NCBI GenBank assembly: GCA_963841435.1 | Contig: CAWJCS010000002.1 | Span: 640,001-704,000, forward strand | Direction: 5' to 3' | Source of the DNA: an uncultured delta proteobacterium | GTDB taxonomy: Bacteria > Myxococcota_A > Polyangia > Polyangiales > Polyangiaceae | Length of the DNA: 64,000 nucleotides | Shown: positions 50,098-60,229 of the stretch, one piece after another | Numbering within the stretch: the stretch's first letter is position 1 | Layout: every line of letters starts with the position of its first letter | Notes under the pieces: generated by a model | What the model was told of the DNA's origin: nothing | The model's input: the letters and a program-made list of their open reading frames with translations, nothing else | Database searches by the model: none | Translations under genes and position numbers: made by a program

Positions 50098-51642
50098 CTA
50101 GTTGATGCGAAAGCTCTTCGAAACGGTGACGGGGTTGCCCGAGAACGCGGGGATGCGCGCGCGGCGGAAGACTCCCGCCACGCAGCCACCGACGGACGTG
50201 CCCGCGAAGGGCGGCGTCGACACGTTGGCCGTCGTGACCCTGCCGCTCGAGGCGAACGTCACCGTCGCTTTGCCCGTGCCCGTGGGGCCGCCCGACTTCG
50301 CGCAGCTTGACGCGTTGGCTGCCGCCTGAGTGAGCGCGACCTGGGCTGCCGACACGCTGAACGGGCCGCTTCCCGAGACCGGCATCGTCTTCGTGTCCTC
50401 TTCCTTGGTCAACTTCTTGGAGCTGGAGCTGGAGCTCGAGCTCGAGCCGCTGCTCGAGCTGGAGCTGCCCGAACCCGAGCTGGCGCTGGAGCCACTGCCG
50501 GTGTTGGCGGCCACCTTCGCCGGCTCGGGCGCGGCCGAGGCCGAAGCTCGAGCTGCGGCAGCCGCCGCCTCCGCCTTCTTCCTGGCTTCCTCGGCCTTCT
50601 TCCGTTCCTCTTCGGCCTTCTTCTTCGCGTCCGCCGCCTCCTGCTCCGCCGCGGCGAGGGCCGAGGCCGCTGCCCTCGCGCTCGCCTCTGCCTCGGGCGA
50701 ATCGCCGCCGCTCTTGCCGATCAGGAGACCGAGGAGCAACAGGATCAGCGCGCCGGCCGCGCCCGCGCCATAGAGGACCATCTTGTTGATCGGCTTTCCC
50801 GCGACGGCCACCGCCTCCACGCGCGGTGGTGGCGGGTCGGGGGGCGCGGGCGCCGTGAGCAGCGCCTGGTTGGCGTTGAGCGAAAAGAGGGGGTTGGCAC
50901 CGCCGAGCTCCGCCGGACCCATCGCAAACGGATCGCCGCTGGGCGCGGGCGGGCGCTGCTGCGGCTCGGGCCTCTTTCCCGGCGCCTGTCCCGTGAGCCC
51001 ACCCTTCAGCGAGTCGAGCGAGAAGAGCACGGAGTTCTCGTTGCGCGCTCCGGTCATCTTGCCGTCGTCGTAGGCACTGGTTCCAGCGGCCGGCAGGTGC
51101 GGAGCGCTCGTCGCGACCTCGTCCTCGTCGTTGCTCTGGGCATCGAAGAGGTCCACGGCTCCGCCCCCCGTGCGTCCCCCGGCCAGCTTGGCCGGCATCG
51201 GCGCCGTCACGACGGTGGGGCCGAATGGGGTCCCCGCGGGCACGCCGGCGGCCGGCAGCACCACCTTGAGCTCCTCGCATTCGCCGATGGCGACCCAGTC
51301 GGCCATGCCGTCCTTCCAGACGTAGGCGTCGTGCGTCACGACCCCGCTCTGCCAGCCCGCGACAATCTCTTGCGTCGTCATGGTGCGCTGGTCGGTCTCG
51401 CTCAGGTTGACGGACCACGCGATCTCGGGCGCGCCACCGGCGGTGGGCGGCGCAGCGGCAGGGTCCGCGGCGGGAGCGGCCGCCTGTGCGGCCGCGGCTT
51501 CGGCGGCCGCCGCCTCTTGTGCTTGGCCGTCCACCACGATGGGCGTCCCGCAGCTCTTGCAGCGGATCTTGACCTTCCGCCCCCGGACCTTCTCGTCCGA
51601 GATGGTGTACTTGGCGCCGCAGGCTTGGCAGCTGACTTTCAT
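50098..51642 (-). CDS. AgmX/GltJ-like protein (zinc ribbon, GYF_2, TM, TonB_C-like C-terminus)
   Basis: CQACGAKYTISDEKV..KIRCKSCG, YVWKDGMADW, TGARNENSVLFSL, TM, C-terminal VTFASSGRV..GCVAGVFRRARIPAF. Confidence 0.82.
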   Translation of the reverse strand: MKVSCQACGAKYTISDEKVRGRKVKIRCKSCGTPIVVDGQAQEAAAAEAAAAQAAAPAADPAAAPPTAGGAPEIAWSVNLSETDQRTMTTQEIVAGWQSGVVTHDAYVWKDGMADWVAIGECEELKVVLPAAGVPAGTPFGPTVVTAPMPAKLAGGRTGGGAVDLFDAQSNDEDEVATSAPHLPAAGTSAYDDGKMTGARNENSVLFSLDSLKGGLTGQAPGKRPEPQQRPPAPSGDPFAMGPAELGGANPLFSLNANQALLTAPAPPDPPPPRVEAVAVAGKPINKMVLYGAGAAGALILLLLGLLIGKSGGDSPEAEASARAAASALAAAEQEAADAKKKAEEERKKAEEARKKAEAAAAAARASASAAPEPAKVAANTGSGSSASSGSGSSSSSSGSSSSSSSSSKKLTKEEDTKTMPVSGSGPFSVSAAQVALTQAAANASSCAKSGGPTGTGKATVTFASSGRVTTANVSTPPFAGTSVGGCVAGVFRRARIPAFSGNPVTVSKSFRIN

Positions 51643-51774
51643 CGGGAGTTACCTAGGGTTCCGGTGATCTCTTGCACCGGCCGGGATGCTAAACTTACAA
51701 AAATTCGCGCCTCCCGGGAAGCATTGGGCATTTTTACGCAAAAGCGGCGGCTTCGTCTCGAGCCCAGGGGGCGG

Positions 51775-53256
51775 CTAGTTCACCGGTACCAGAGCGGCGC
51801 CGCATTGGCCGCAAAATTGGCTCTCGCCCACGTACTGGGCGCCACAGACGGGACAAATCTTACGGGTCTCCTTGGGGACGGCCATGGTGCGGCTCGCAAA
51901 GACGGAAGGCGGCACGAGGGGCTCGTCGTGCTTCGGGCAAATGTTGACGCCCGGGTCAAAGCCCTGGCCGCACACCGGGCATACCGCGCCCGTGGGGATG
52001 GGGCCGCGCGTCGGCTCGAGCGGCACGAGCCGGTTGCCGTCAACGGCGCAAAACTGTGCGTCGGGTGGGTACTCGTCGCGGCACGTGGGGCAGACCATGG
52101 GCGCGCGGGGTGCCGCCGGCGACGCCTGCCGGCGGCTCGACGGTGCCCCTGTCTTCTCGGCGCGCCGATTGCGCCGCGCGAGCACGAAGCCAAGCAAGCC
52201 GAGCAAGAGCGCGGCGCCTCCCACGACGCCGACGAACAAAGTGCGACGGTGCCCTGACTCGTCTTCGATGACGGTCGAGCGCGCGCCGACCAATCCGCTT
52301 TCGAGACGCAGAACGGCAGCGTCCGCCGAAGCACCCGTCTCGTCGAAGCCACCGCCGGCCAGCAACGCGGAGAACCGCTCCTTCGAGACGATGTCGAGCG
52401 CCGCGCTCACGGAGCGGCCGCCCACGGTCGCGACGAGCCTCGCATCGCCCTCGGGTGCGTCGTCCGCGACGTGCACGGCACCGCCCGAAAGCGTCACGCC
52501 CTCGACGTCCCCCTCCAGGCGGAAGCTCGGGCTCACCGAGAGCGAGCATCCCTTCGCATCGAGGACGGCGGCCTGGAAGGCGAACGATTGCCCCGGCTGA
52601 ATCAGCTTTCGGGAAGGACGAAGCTCGATTCTCGCCGCGGGGCCGACGCTCGCGCAGGAGGACTCGCGCGAAGGCTTCGCGGTCGCAGCGCCGCGCCCGG
52701 GGCTGCTCGCGGCCGGCGTCGCGCTCGTGCCGCCGGCCGGCGCCGCCCTCACGGGTTGGAAGTAGCGTGTGCGGCGGACGCTCGCCGTGCAGTTCTGACC
52801 TTGGATCACGAACTGGTACTGCCCCGTCTCGTCGAACGTCACGAGCGTGTCGGTCGCCGTCACGGTCGTGACGAGCCGCGCCTGTCGCGCGTCGCCGGTG
52901 GGGCTCCTGCAGCTCGTCTGCCAGCGACGGGTGCTCGCGCTGTGACCGGTGCGGCTGAGACCGGGAAACTGCTCCCAGCATTCGGTGGTGCGGTACGTTC
53001 GCCCGACGCCACTAATGACGAGCTCCTTGCCGTTCTCCGCGATCGTCGCGATGCCGCCGGGCTCGCCGCCGCCGTTCGGCCTCGGGCCGCACGCCGGACC
53101 CCAATCGCCGATGTTCCAGCTCGCCGTCATGGCCGTCGCCGTCCAGCGGCCGGCGAGCGAAGCTGTGTCGGCGTGAGCCAACGGCGCACCGAGGAGCACG
53201 AGCGTGAACCACGAGAGTCCCACCCGCGGAACGATTCTTGATTGCCGAAGCTCCAT
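51775..53256 (-). CDS. exported-domain membrane protein with three C-terminal zinc ribbons
   Basis: Signal peptide AHA, TM (LFVGVVGGAALLLGLLGFVL), CPTC/CAVD, CPVC/CPKH, CPVC/CGQC. Confidence 0.78.
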   Translation of the reverse strand: MELRQSRIVPRVGLSWFTLVLLGAPLAHADTASLAGRWTATAMTASWNIGDWGPACGPRPNGGGEPGGIATIAENGKELVISGVGRTYRTTECWEQFPGLSRTGHSASTRRWQTSCRSPTGDARQARLVTTVTATDTLVTFDETGQYQFVIQGQNCTASVRRTRYFQPVRAAPAGGTSATPAASSPGRGAATAKPSRESSCASVGPAARIELRPSRKLIQPGQSFAFQAAVLDAKGCSLSVSPSFRLEGDVEGVTLSGGAVHVADDAPEGDARLVATVGGRSVSAALDIVSKERFSALLAGGGFDETGASADAAVLRLESGLVGARSTVIEDESGHRRTLFVGVVGGAALLLGLLGFVLARRNRRAEKTGAPSSRRQASPAAPRAPMVCPTCRDEYPPDAQFCAVDGNRLVPLEPTRGPIPTGAVCPVCGQGFDPGVNICPKHDEPLVPPSVFASRTMAVPKETRKICPVCGAQYVGESQFCGQCGAALVPVN

Positions 53257-53334
53257 CCTGAGGCCCGAGAACCATCTCCCGTCTGGCGCCGAGGATCTTA
53301 GCCAAAAGCGGCGTCGGCCCGCGAGATTCCCGCG

Positions 53335-53364
53335 TTGACACTCGAAATTCACGGGTGCTAGCTT
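53335..53364 (+). promoter_or_regulatory. putative sigma70 promoter of the OmpA/TSP3 gene
   Basis: TTGACA-N18-TAGCTT with TG extended -10. Confidence 0.6.
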
Positions 53365-53406
53365 GCGAACGCCTTCGCCCGAAGGCCTGAAAATCGACCG
53401 GTCGCG

Positions 53407-55464
53407 ATGCTGCCCCGCCCCTGCTTGCCGCGTACCCACGCCCTCACACGTGCTGCTGTGGCCCTTTTCGGGCTCCTGGCGGTCTGCCGGCCGGCGGCCG
53501 CCCAAATCACCGACTCGGGCCGCCGCGTCCCGGCGAGCAACGGCGATGGCATGGACACGCACCTGTTCCGTCCCGCCGTCGATTCCAAGGGCTTCTTCTC
53601 GGTCAACGGCTCGGACATCCTCGGTCACCAGAACATCAGCTTCGGGTTGGTCCTCGACTACGGGCACAACATCATGCGCACGCGCTCCGATCGCGTGCCC
53701 ATCGATCCGAGCTCCGTGCCCGCGGGCGGCGAGTGCCAGGACCAGACCTGTGAGTTCGTGCCCGGCGAGGATGGCTCGGGCGTCCCGGCGCTGATTCAAA
53801 ACTCGTTCCAAGGCACGTTCGGTTTCAACTACGGCCTGTTCAACCGTGCGGTCGTTGGCCTCACGGTGCCGGTGGTGCTCATCTCGGGCGACCCGGCCTA
53901 TCAGATCGGGCCGAACGGCGGCCTCTACAATTCGGCAGTCCTCGACGCTCAGGCCCTCAGCACCATCGCACTCCACGGAAAATTGCGCCTCACGCGCGTC
54001 GATCGCGGGCCGGGCCTCGCGCTCATCGTGCAGGCCGGCATCCCGATCGGCGCGACGCCGCGCGGCCTGGGTGCCGATCCGGGGCTCTGGTACTGGCCGC
54101 GGGCCGTGTTGGAGCAACGGCTCGGTGACACGAACTGGTTCAAGGTGGGCGTGAACGTCGGCTACCGCGGCCACACCGGCAAGAATCCACGCTTCGAGCA
54201 GGACTTCGGCAACCGCGACCAGCTCAAGGAAGGCAACTTCGAGTACGGCAACCTCGCGACGCTCGGGCTCGGCCTGTCGATCCGAGCGCTCGACGCGCTC
54301 GACATCGTTGCCGAAACGTACGGCACCTACCAGATGGACGGCGCCTCGGACGCGGGGCAGAAGATGAGCCAGGAGATCATCGGCGGTATCAAGCTGTTCA
54401 TCGAGAAGAACAGCTACCTGATGATGGGCGGCGGCAGCCGCGCGTTCAGCACGGGCTTCGAGGCCGCCGACGTGCGCCTCGTGCTCGGCTTCGTCTTCGA
54501 GCCGTCGATCGGCGATCGCGATGGCGACGGTTACAAGGACGACGTCGACCAGTGCCCCGACGAGCCCGAAGATTTCGACGGCTTCAAGGACGAGGACGGC
54601 TGCCCCGATCCCGACAACGACGACGACGGAATCCTCGACATCAACGACCGCTGCCCGAACATCCCCGAGGATCGCGACGGCGATCAGGACGAGGACGGCT
54701 GCCCCGAGGGCAAGAAGGACGGCGACCGCGACGGTGACGGCATCCTCGACTCGAGGGACAAGTGCCCCGACGACCCCGAGGACAAGGACGGCTTCGAGGA
54801 CGCCGACGGCTGCCCCGATCTCGACAACGACAAGGATGGCATCCCCGACGCCTCCGACCAGTGCCCTAACGACCCCGAGGACTTCGATAAGTTCGAGGAC
54901 AAGGACGGCTGCCCCGAGCCGGACAACGACCACGACCAGATCCCCGACGCCAAGGACAAGTGCCCGCTCGAGCCCGAGACCTACAACGGGTTCCAGGACC
55001 AGGACGGTTGCCCCGACAAGGGCAAGGTCATCATCGAGGGCAACGAAATCGTGATCCTCGAGAAGGTGCAGTTCGAGACGAACAGCGCGAAGATCCTGCC
55101 CCAGTCAACCGAAATCCTCGACGCCGTCGCGGCGACGCTCAAGGGCCACCCGGAGTTCCTCGTGGTGGAGGTAGCTGGACACGCCGACGAGCGCGCGAGC
55201 GACGACTACAACCTCCGACTCACCAAGGCGCGCGCGGCCTCCGTCGTGGAGGCGCTGCGCTTGCGTGGCATCACCTCCTCGCGGCTCGTGTCGCAAGGGT
55301 ACGGCGAGTATTGCCCGGCCGACAACGCTTCCAACCCAGAAGCGTGGGAGCGGAACCGCCGCGTCGAGTTCAAAGTCGTGAAGACCGAGGACGGCGTGAC
55401 GGACGCCAAGCGGGGCTGCCCCATCGCGACCGATCACGGCGTCGTGCCGCCCCCCGTGAAGTAG
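53407..55464 (+). CDS. outer-membrane beta-barrel + thrombospondin type-3 repeats + OmpA domain protein (TraB-like architecture)
   Basis: Signal peptide AAA-Q, beta-rich N-domain, DxDxDG..DxCP..PED repeats, GHADER..YNLRLTKARA..GYGE..NRRVEF. Confidence 0.92.
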   Translation: MLPRPCLPRTHALTRAAVALFGLLAVCRPAAAQITDSGRRVPASNGDGMDTHLFRPAVDSKGFFSVNGSDILGHQNISFGLVLDYGHNIMRTRSDRVPIDPSSVPAGGECQDQTCEFVPGEDGSGVPALIQNSFQGTFGFNYGLFNRAVVGLTVPVVLISGDPAYQIGPNGGLYNSAVLDAQALSTIALHGKLRLTRVDRGPGLALIVQAGIPIGATPRGLGADPGLWYWPRAVLEQRLGDTNWFKVGVNVGYRGHTGKNPRFEQDFGNRDQLKEGNFEYGNLATLGLGLSIRALDALDIVAETYGTYQMDGASDAGQKMSQEIIGGIKLFIEKNSYLMMGGGSRAFSTGFEAADVRLVLGFVFEPSIGDRDGDGYKDDVDQCPDEPEDFDGFKDEDGCPDPDNDDDGILDINDRCPNIPEDRDGDQDEDGCPEGKKDGDRDGDGILDSRDKCPDDPEDKDGFEDADGCPDLDNDKDGIPDASDQCPNDPEDFDKFEDKDGCPEPDNDHDQIPDAKDKCPLEPETYNGFQDQDGCPDKGKVIIEGNEIVILEKVQFETNSAKILPQSTEILDAVAATLKGHPEFLVVEVAGHADERASDDYNLRLTKARAASVVEALRLRGITSSRLVSQGYGEYCPADNASNPEAWERNRRVEFKVVKTEDGVTDAKRGCPIATDHGVVPPPVK
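54514..55020 (+). repeat. coding TSP3 Ca-binding repeats
   Basis: About 5 imperfect units of D(R/N)DxDGIxDxxDxCPxxPE..DG..DxDGCP. Confidence 0.85.
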
Positions 55465-55468
55465 CGCG

Positions 55469-57157
55469 TCAGGGTCGCCGTTTTAGGCGGTCGATGCCGA
55501 GCAGCGAGCCGAAAAACTCCGCGAGGTCCTCGAACAGCATGCCGTCGAGGCTCGTCACGGAGAGCAGGGCGACGCCACGCGGCTCGGCGCCGAGCACCAC
55601 CGGCAGCATGACGAGCGCGCGCCCGCTGCGCTCGAAGAGCGGATGGCAGGGCAGGCTGCGCGGCTCGACGTTCTCGCTTCCGGCGCGGCGACCACCCGGC
55701 CCGTAGCCGAACAGCACGCGCGCCGTCGTGTCACCTGGTTCGAGCTCGGCGAGCAGTCCGGCCTCGATGCCGGCGGGCGAAAGCTCCTCGGCGGCAACGT
55801 CGCCGAGCGCTTCGGGGTTCACGAAGAGCGCTGTCGTCGCGCGCCGCTCGAAGCGCAGGAAGCGCCGCGCGGCGACCTGCGCACGCAGCGCTTCCGACTG
55901 CGACGTGAAGCTCGTCGCGGCGACGCGCGCGGCGTGCAGCGCCTCCTCCAGCCGCGCGCGAGCCGTCAGGTCCGCGACGACGCAGGGCAGGGCCTGCAGG
56001 CGTAGCGCCGAGATCACCTCCTGGGCCACGCTGGCGTCGGCGTGTGCGCGCTCCACCTTGCGCAAGATCTGTCCGAGCTGCTTTTGCAGCCCGCCGGGCT
56101 CCCCGCGACGAAGCTCGGCGATGAGCGCATCGAGCAGCCGACCTTCCCAGCCGGTGCCCGCGGCTCCGAACGTGCCCTTGGCGGCGCGCACCATCTCGGC
56201 GAGGATGATCTGGCGCCGCTGCACGAACGATGTTTCGACGCCGCCGGTGGCGGTCGCGCTCGCCTGGGACGCGAGGCCCACGCGCTTCTCGACGCACCCG
56301 CAGGAGGAGCGGACGACGAGCTCGGTGGGAAGCCTCCCGGTCCCAGGCTGCTCGCCGCGCGCGACCGCGAGCAGTCGCTGCACGCCTTCGCGTCCGAGCT
56401 CGTGTCCGGGCTGGTGCGCCGTCGTGAGGGGTGGATGGGAGCTCTTGGCGGAATCCACGTCGTCGAAGCCGGCGACCGCGATCTCGTCGGGCACGGAGAT
56501 GCCTCGCCGGTCGAGCTCGTCGATCACGCCGAGCGCCATGTAGTCGTTGGCGGCCACGACGGCCTGCACGGCACCGACGGGCACGCGGCGCTCGTCGAGG
56601 AGCGTGCGCAGAGCCGCGCTGCCGCTTGCGCGCGTGTAGTCGCCGTCGAGCTCGAGCCGCGCGTCTGGAACGACGGACGCTCCGGCGAGCGCCGCGCGGT
56701 AGGCGTCGAGCCGCTCCTCGGCCTCCTGGCTGGCGCGCGGCCCACACACGAACGCGATGCGCTCGAGGTGATGCGCGCTCACGAGATGCTCCACGACCTC
56801 GCGCATGCCGCCCGCATTCTCGACGGTGACGCTCGGGCGCCCCGGTACGTCCATCCCGAGGCAGGTCACGGGCAGCGGGTCGAAGCGCCCGAGCCACGCT
56901 GCCATACGCTCCGTTCCGAGCGCGGTTGCGACCGCGCCGCACAGCGCCACGACGCCGGAGACGTTCTCGGGCCCCACCAGGTCGAACACGAAGTTTCGCG
57001 CGCGCCGCCGCGGGTCGGTGTCGTTCAACGCGCCGCCCGCGACGCAGAGCACCGTTGCATCGACCGTTCGCGCGCCCGCGATGGTGCCGCTCAAGACGTC
57101 AACTTCGTGCTCGTCGTCGAGCGACTCGGTCAATAAGCCAATGAGCGTACCCTTCAC
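55469..57157 (-). CDS. LacI/GalR-type ligand-binding domain protein without HTH
   Basis: VTVENAGGM, IAFVCGP..EAEERL, AANDYMALG, VPDEIAVAGFDD, PPLTT, LVVRSSCGC; GTG overlaps the tyrS stop. Confidence 0.85.
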   Translation of the reverse strand: MKGTLIGLLTESLDDEHEVDVLSGTIAGARTVDATVLCVAGGALNDTDPRRRARNFVFDLVGPENVSGVVALCGAVATALGTERMAAWLGRFDPLPVTCLGMDVPGRPSVTVENAGGMREVVEHLVSAHHLERIAFVCGPRASQEAEERLDAYRAALAGASVVPDARLELDGDYTRASGSAALRTLLDERRVPVGAVQAVVAANDYMALGVIDELDRRGISVPDEIAVAGFDDVDSAKSSHPPLTTAHQPGHELGREGVQRLLAVARGEQPGTGRLPTELVVRSSCGCVEKRVGLASQASATATGGVETSFVQRRQIILAEMVRAAKGTFGAAGTGWEGRLLDALIAELRRGEPGGLQKQLGQILRKVERAHADASVAQEVISALRLQALPCVVADLTARARLEEALHAARVAATSFTSQSEALRAQVAARRFLRFERRATTALFVNPEALGDVAAEELSPAGIEAGLLAELEPGDTTARVLFGYGPGGRRAGSENVEPRSLPCHPLFERSGRALVMLPVVLGAEPRGVALLSVTSLDGMLFEDLAEFFGSLLGIDRLKRRP

Positions 57158-58428
57158 GAGAACCTGAGCACGTGCCAGAGCTTCTTCCCGCGACGGACCA
57201 ACAGCAGGCGGCCGAACATGAGGTCGTCGCTTTTGACCACGATCTCGAGCGTTGCACGATCTCCATTCACGAGCACGGCGCCCTGCTCGAGCAGCTCTCG
57301 CGCTTCGCGCTTGCTCTTGGCGACGCCGCCTTCCACGAGGAGCTCGAGCAGCGGAGCGCCCTCGCCTTCGACGCGCGCCCGCGGCATGCCGGCGCTCGGC
57401 GCGCTCTCGAACACCTCGGCGAGCACTTGTTCGCCCAGGGCGCGCACGTTGCCCGAGAACAGAGCCTCCGTTGCGGCCTCCGCGCGCGCGAGGCCCTCGG
57501 CCCCGTGCACGAGCTCGGTGACGTGACGGGCGAGCTCGCGCTGAGCCAGCCGCTTCGCGGGATCCCCCGTGTGCGCGGCGAGGACCTGCCTGAGCTCGTC
57601 GAGCGGTTTCAAGTCGTAGACGAAGAGGAAGCGCCCGACATCGGCGTCGGCCGTGTTGAGCCAGAACTGGTAAAAGGCGTAGGGCGACGTCCGTTCCGGG
57701 CTGAGCCAGATCGCTCCCGACTCCGTCTTGCCGAACTTGCCGCCGTCCGCTTTCGTGACGAGCGGCGCCGTGAGACCGTGTGCCTGGGCGCGCTCCGTGC
57801 GGCGGACGAGATCGATACCCGCCACGATGTTGCCCCACTGATCCGAGCCCGCGACCTCGAGCGTGACGCCGTGTGCGCGGTAAAGGTGCAGGAAATCGTA
57901 GGCCTGGAGCAGCATGTAGCTAAATTCGGTGTAGCTGATGCCTTGCTCGCGATTTTCGAGTCGCTCTCGCACGCTGTCCTTCTGGATCATCATGTTGACC
58001 GAGAAGTGCTTGCCGATGTCGCGTAGCACCTCGATGAACGACAGCTCGCACAGCCAGTCGGCGTTGTTCACGTAACGGACGGGGTTCTCTCCGCCCCCAT
58101 CGAGCAGGCGGTCGAAAATACGCCGCTGGCTCGCGACGTTCGCCTCGACGGCAGCGCGGTCGCGCAGGGTACGTTCGGCATCCTTGCCCGATGGATCGCC
58201 GATGAGCCCGGTGCCGCCGCCGAGCAGCACGACGGGCCGGTGCCCCGCGAGCTGAAAGCGCCTGAGGAGCAGGATCGGGACGAGATTACCGACGGTGAGG
58301 GAGTCGGCTGTCGGATCGAAACCCGCGTACAGCGAGCGACTGCCGCTTTCGAGGTGGCTCCTGAGCTCGGCGGCATCGGTCGTCTGATGGAGCAGGCCGC
58401 GCTCGTCGAGGTCGTTCAAGATGTCCAT
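57154..58428 (-). CDS. tyrS: tyrosine--tRNA ligase
   Basis: YAGFDPTADSL, GGGTGLIGDPSGK, YMLLQAYDF, GSDQWGNI, KFGKT, C-terminal S4 domain RRGKK. Confidence 0.97.
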   Translation of the reverse strand: MDILNDLDERGLLHQTTDAAELRSHLESGSRSLYAGFDPTADSLTVGNLVPILLLRRFQLAGHRPVVLLGGGTGLIGDPSGKDAERTLRDRAAVEANVASQRRIFDRLLDGGGENPVRYVNNADWLCELSFIEVLRDIGKHFSVNMMIQKDSVRERLENREQGISYTEFSYMLLQAYDFLHLYRAHGVTLEVAGSDQWGNIVAGIDLVRRTERAQAHGLTAPLVTKADGGKFGKTESGAIWLSPERTSPYAFYQFWLNTADADVGRFLFVYDLKPLDELRQVLAAHTGDPAKRLAQRELARHVTELVHGAEGLARAEAATEALFSGNVRALGEQVLAEVFESAPSAGMPRARVEGEGAPLLELLVEGGVAKSKREARELLEQGAVLVNGDRATLEIVVKSDDLMFGRLLLVRRGKKLWHVLRFS

Positions 58429-58459
58429 GCGGGCGCCCAGATTAGATCATTATCCCGGC

Positions 58460-60167
58460 TCATCCGCCGTTCGGCATCGATCGCACGCCGTTCGTGGGCG
58501 TTGGCGCGCCGTTCGGGGGTGCGACGGCCGGTGCCGAACGCGCGTCCTCCGGCGCCTGCGGCGCGCCGCTTGCGCCCTTTTGGGCGCCATTCGGTGCGGG
58601 CGGTCCGGCGGTCGGCGACAGCCAGCGAAGCGGACCTGCGAGCACGTGCTCGGCGCTCGGGCCGCCGCCGTCGGCGACGAGCACGTCACCCGAGGGAGTG
58701 AGCGCGAGCGGCCGTTGCTTGAGCTCGTTCAGCACCGCGGGGCGCTCGAGGTCGACCACGAACGAGCCCACCACGGCGCTCGAATCCGGCGACGATCGGC
58801 GCGTCGCCGCCCCCCGCGTCGTCGAGCAGCACGCGCTCCGCACCTCGCTCGGCGTCGAAGACCACGAGCGCCCGACCGCGCAGCAGGTAGGCCCTCGTGC
58901 CGAGCGTCGCGAGCACCCGATCGCCCGGCTTCGTGGCCAGCGTGCGGCGCCGTTCGAGATCGACGAGCACGGTGTCAGGGCCCGGGTAAAGTGGAACGAG
59001 ACGAGCGGGTGGCTCGGGCCAGCGATCCAGCGCGAGCGGCTGCAGCTCGAGCCCGAGCGGCAGGCGATAGGCGGGCCCGACCAGCTCGACCTTGGCGCGA
59101 AAGGACACCTTGCCGCTGCAGGCCATGAGGAGCAGCTGCCGGTCCGGATCGGCGGCGAGCACGCGCCCGGAGCAATCCGCGCTCGAGAGCGGTATGCGAC
59201 GCTCCCCGCGATGCAGCACGAGCGCGCCGTCCCGGGAGCGCAGGATCCGATCGGTTCCGAACGGGAGCGCGAGGTCTTGCGACGGTGGCCCGTGCTGGCC
59301 GTCGCGCCCGACGACCACGCTGCTCGGTCGGTCGCCCGTTTCACTCGCGACCCGGAAATGAGGGATGGGCCCCTGGCAGCGCAGGCGCGGCTCTTTGGCG
59401 AGCGCCACGGGAAAATCGATACGTCCGTTGCCGCTCGTGTCCTCGCTCATGACGAACGCCACGAGCGCGTCGCCGCGGCCGTCCCAGGCGAGCCGCCAGA
59501 CCTCGCCGCCTAGGCTCGGGACCGGCGTTTCCCGTCCCGTCGCGAGCTCTCTCAGCACGAGGCCTGGCGACGCACCTCGTCGCACGTAGGCGAGCAGCTC
59601 TCCGCGCGGGTCGAACGCGAGGGCGCGGTGCTGGCGGTAGTCGAGCACGTCGTCCCGGGTGTCGAGCCCGAGCTCGCCGAGGTCAACCGGCGCACCGCCC
59701 GACGTGTCGAGCAGCCGCACGTGCCCTGCCTGCCGGACGACGAGGTAGCGCCCCTTGGGGTCGAAGCCGAACAGATCGTCGATGGGCTCGGCGGGCGCCG
59801 CGCCGACGAACAGCTCCGGAACGAGCGCGTCGCCGCCGAGTCGCCCGTCGCCGGCGACGGTCACCTCGAGCTTGCCGTCGTGATTGGTGTCGGCGCGCGC
59901 GACGCACGCCGCGATCCACCGCCCGGTGCGGCCGACCTCGAGCAGCGTGAGGGGGACGGGGTCGCCGAGCACCGCGAGCGCTCCGGGCGGCTCGGCCGCC
60001 GTGGGCGGCTCAGGTGTCGCTTTCGGCCGGGGCGCGGGGGGCTGCGCCGCGTGACTCGCGGCGGGGGGCGCGGGCCGGGGGGGGGCCACCGCCGCGCGGG
60101 GCCGGGGTGCGCTCGCGCAGCCGGCCGCGAGCACGAGCATCAGCGAGCTTGCACGAAAGAGGGCCAC
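58460..60167 (-). CDS. hypothetical beta-propeller-like lipoprotein (apparent +1 frameshift at ~58783)
   Basis: LAAGC lipobox, DTNHDG and DTSGNG Ca-loop-like motifs. Track ORFs 58686..60314 and 58460..59344 join as IVAGSSAVVGSFVVDLE on removing one base. Start uncertain (60167 or 60140). Confidence 0.7.
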
Positions 60168-60229
60168 GATCGAAAGGACAGTAGGCTCGGATGGAGCATT
60201 CCAAAAAGTTCTGCTACGAGGTCTCGCCG

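Noticed and set aside
50417-50495. GGAGCT/CGAGCT hexamer run
   Set aside because: Encodes the poly-Ser linker of the GltJ-like protein; in-frame and not a phase-variation tract
54514-55020. Periodic repeats as a possible CRISPR array
   Set aside because: In-frame, imperfect TSP3 protein repeats with no unique spacers and no cas genes
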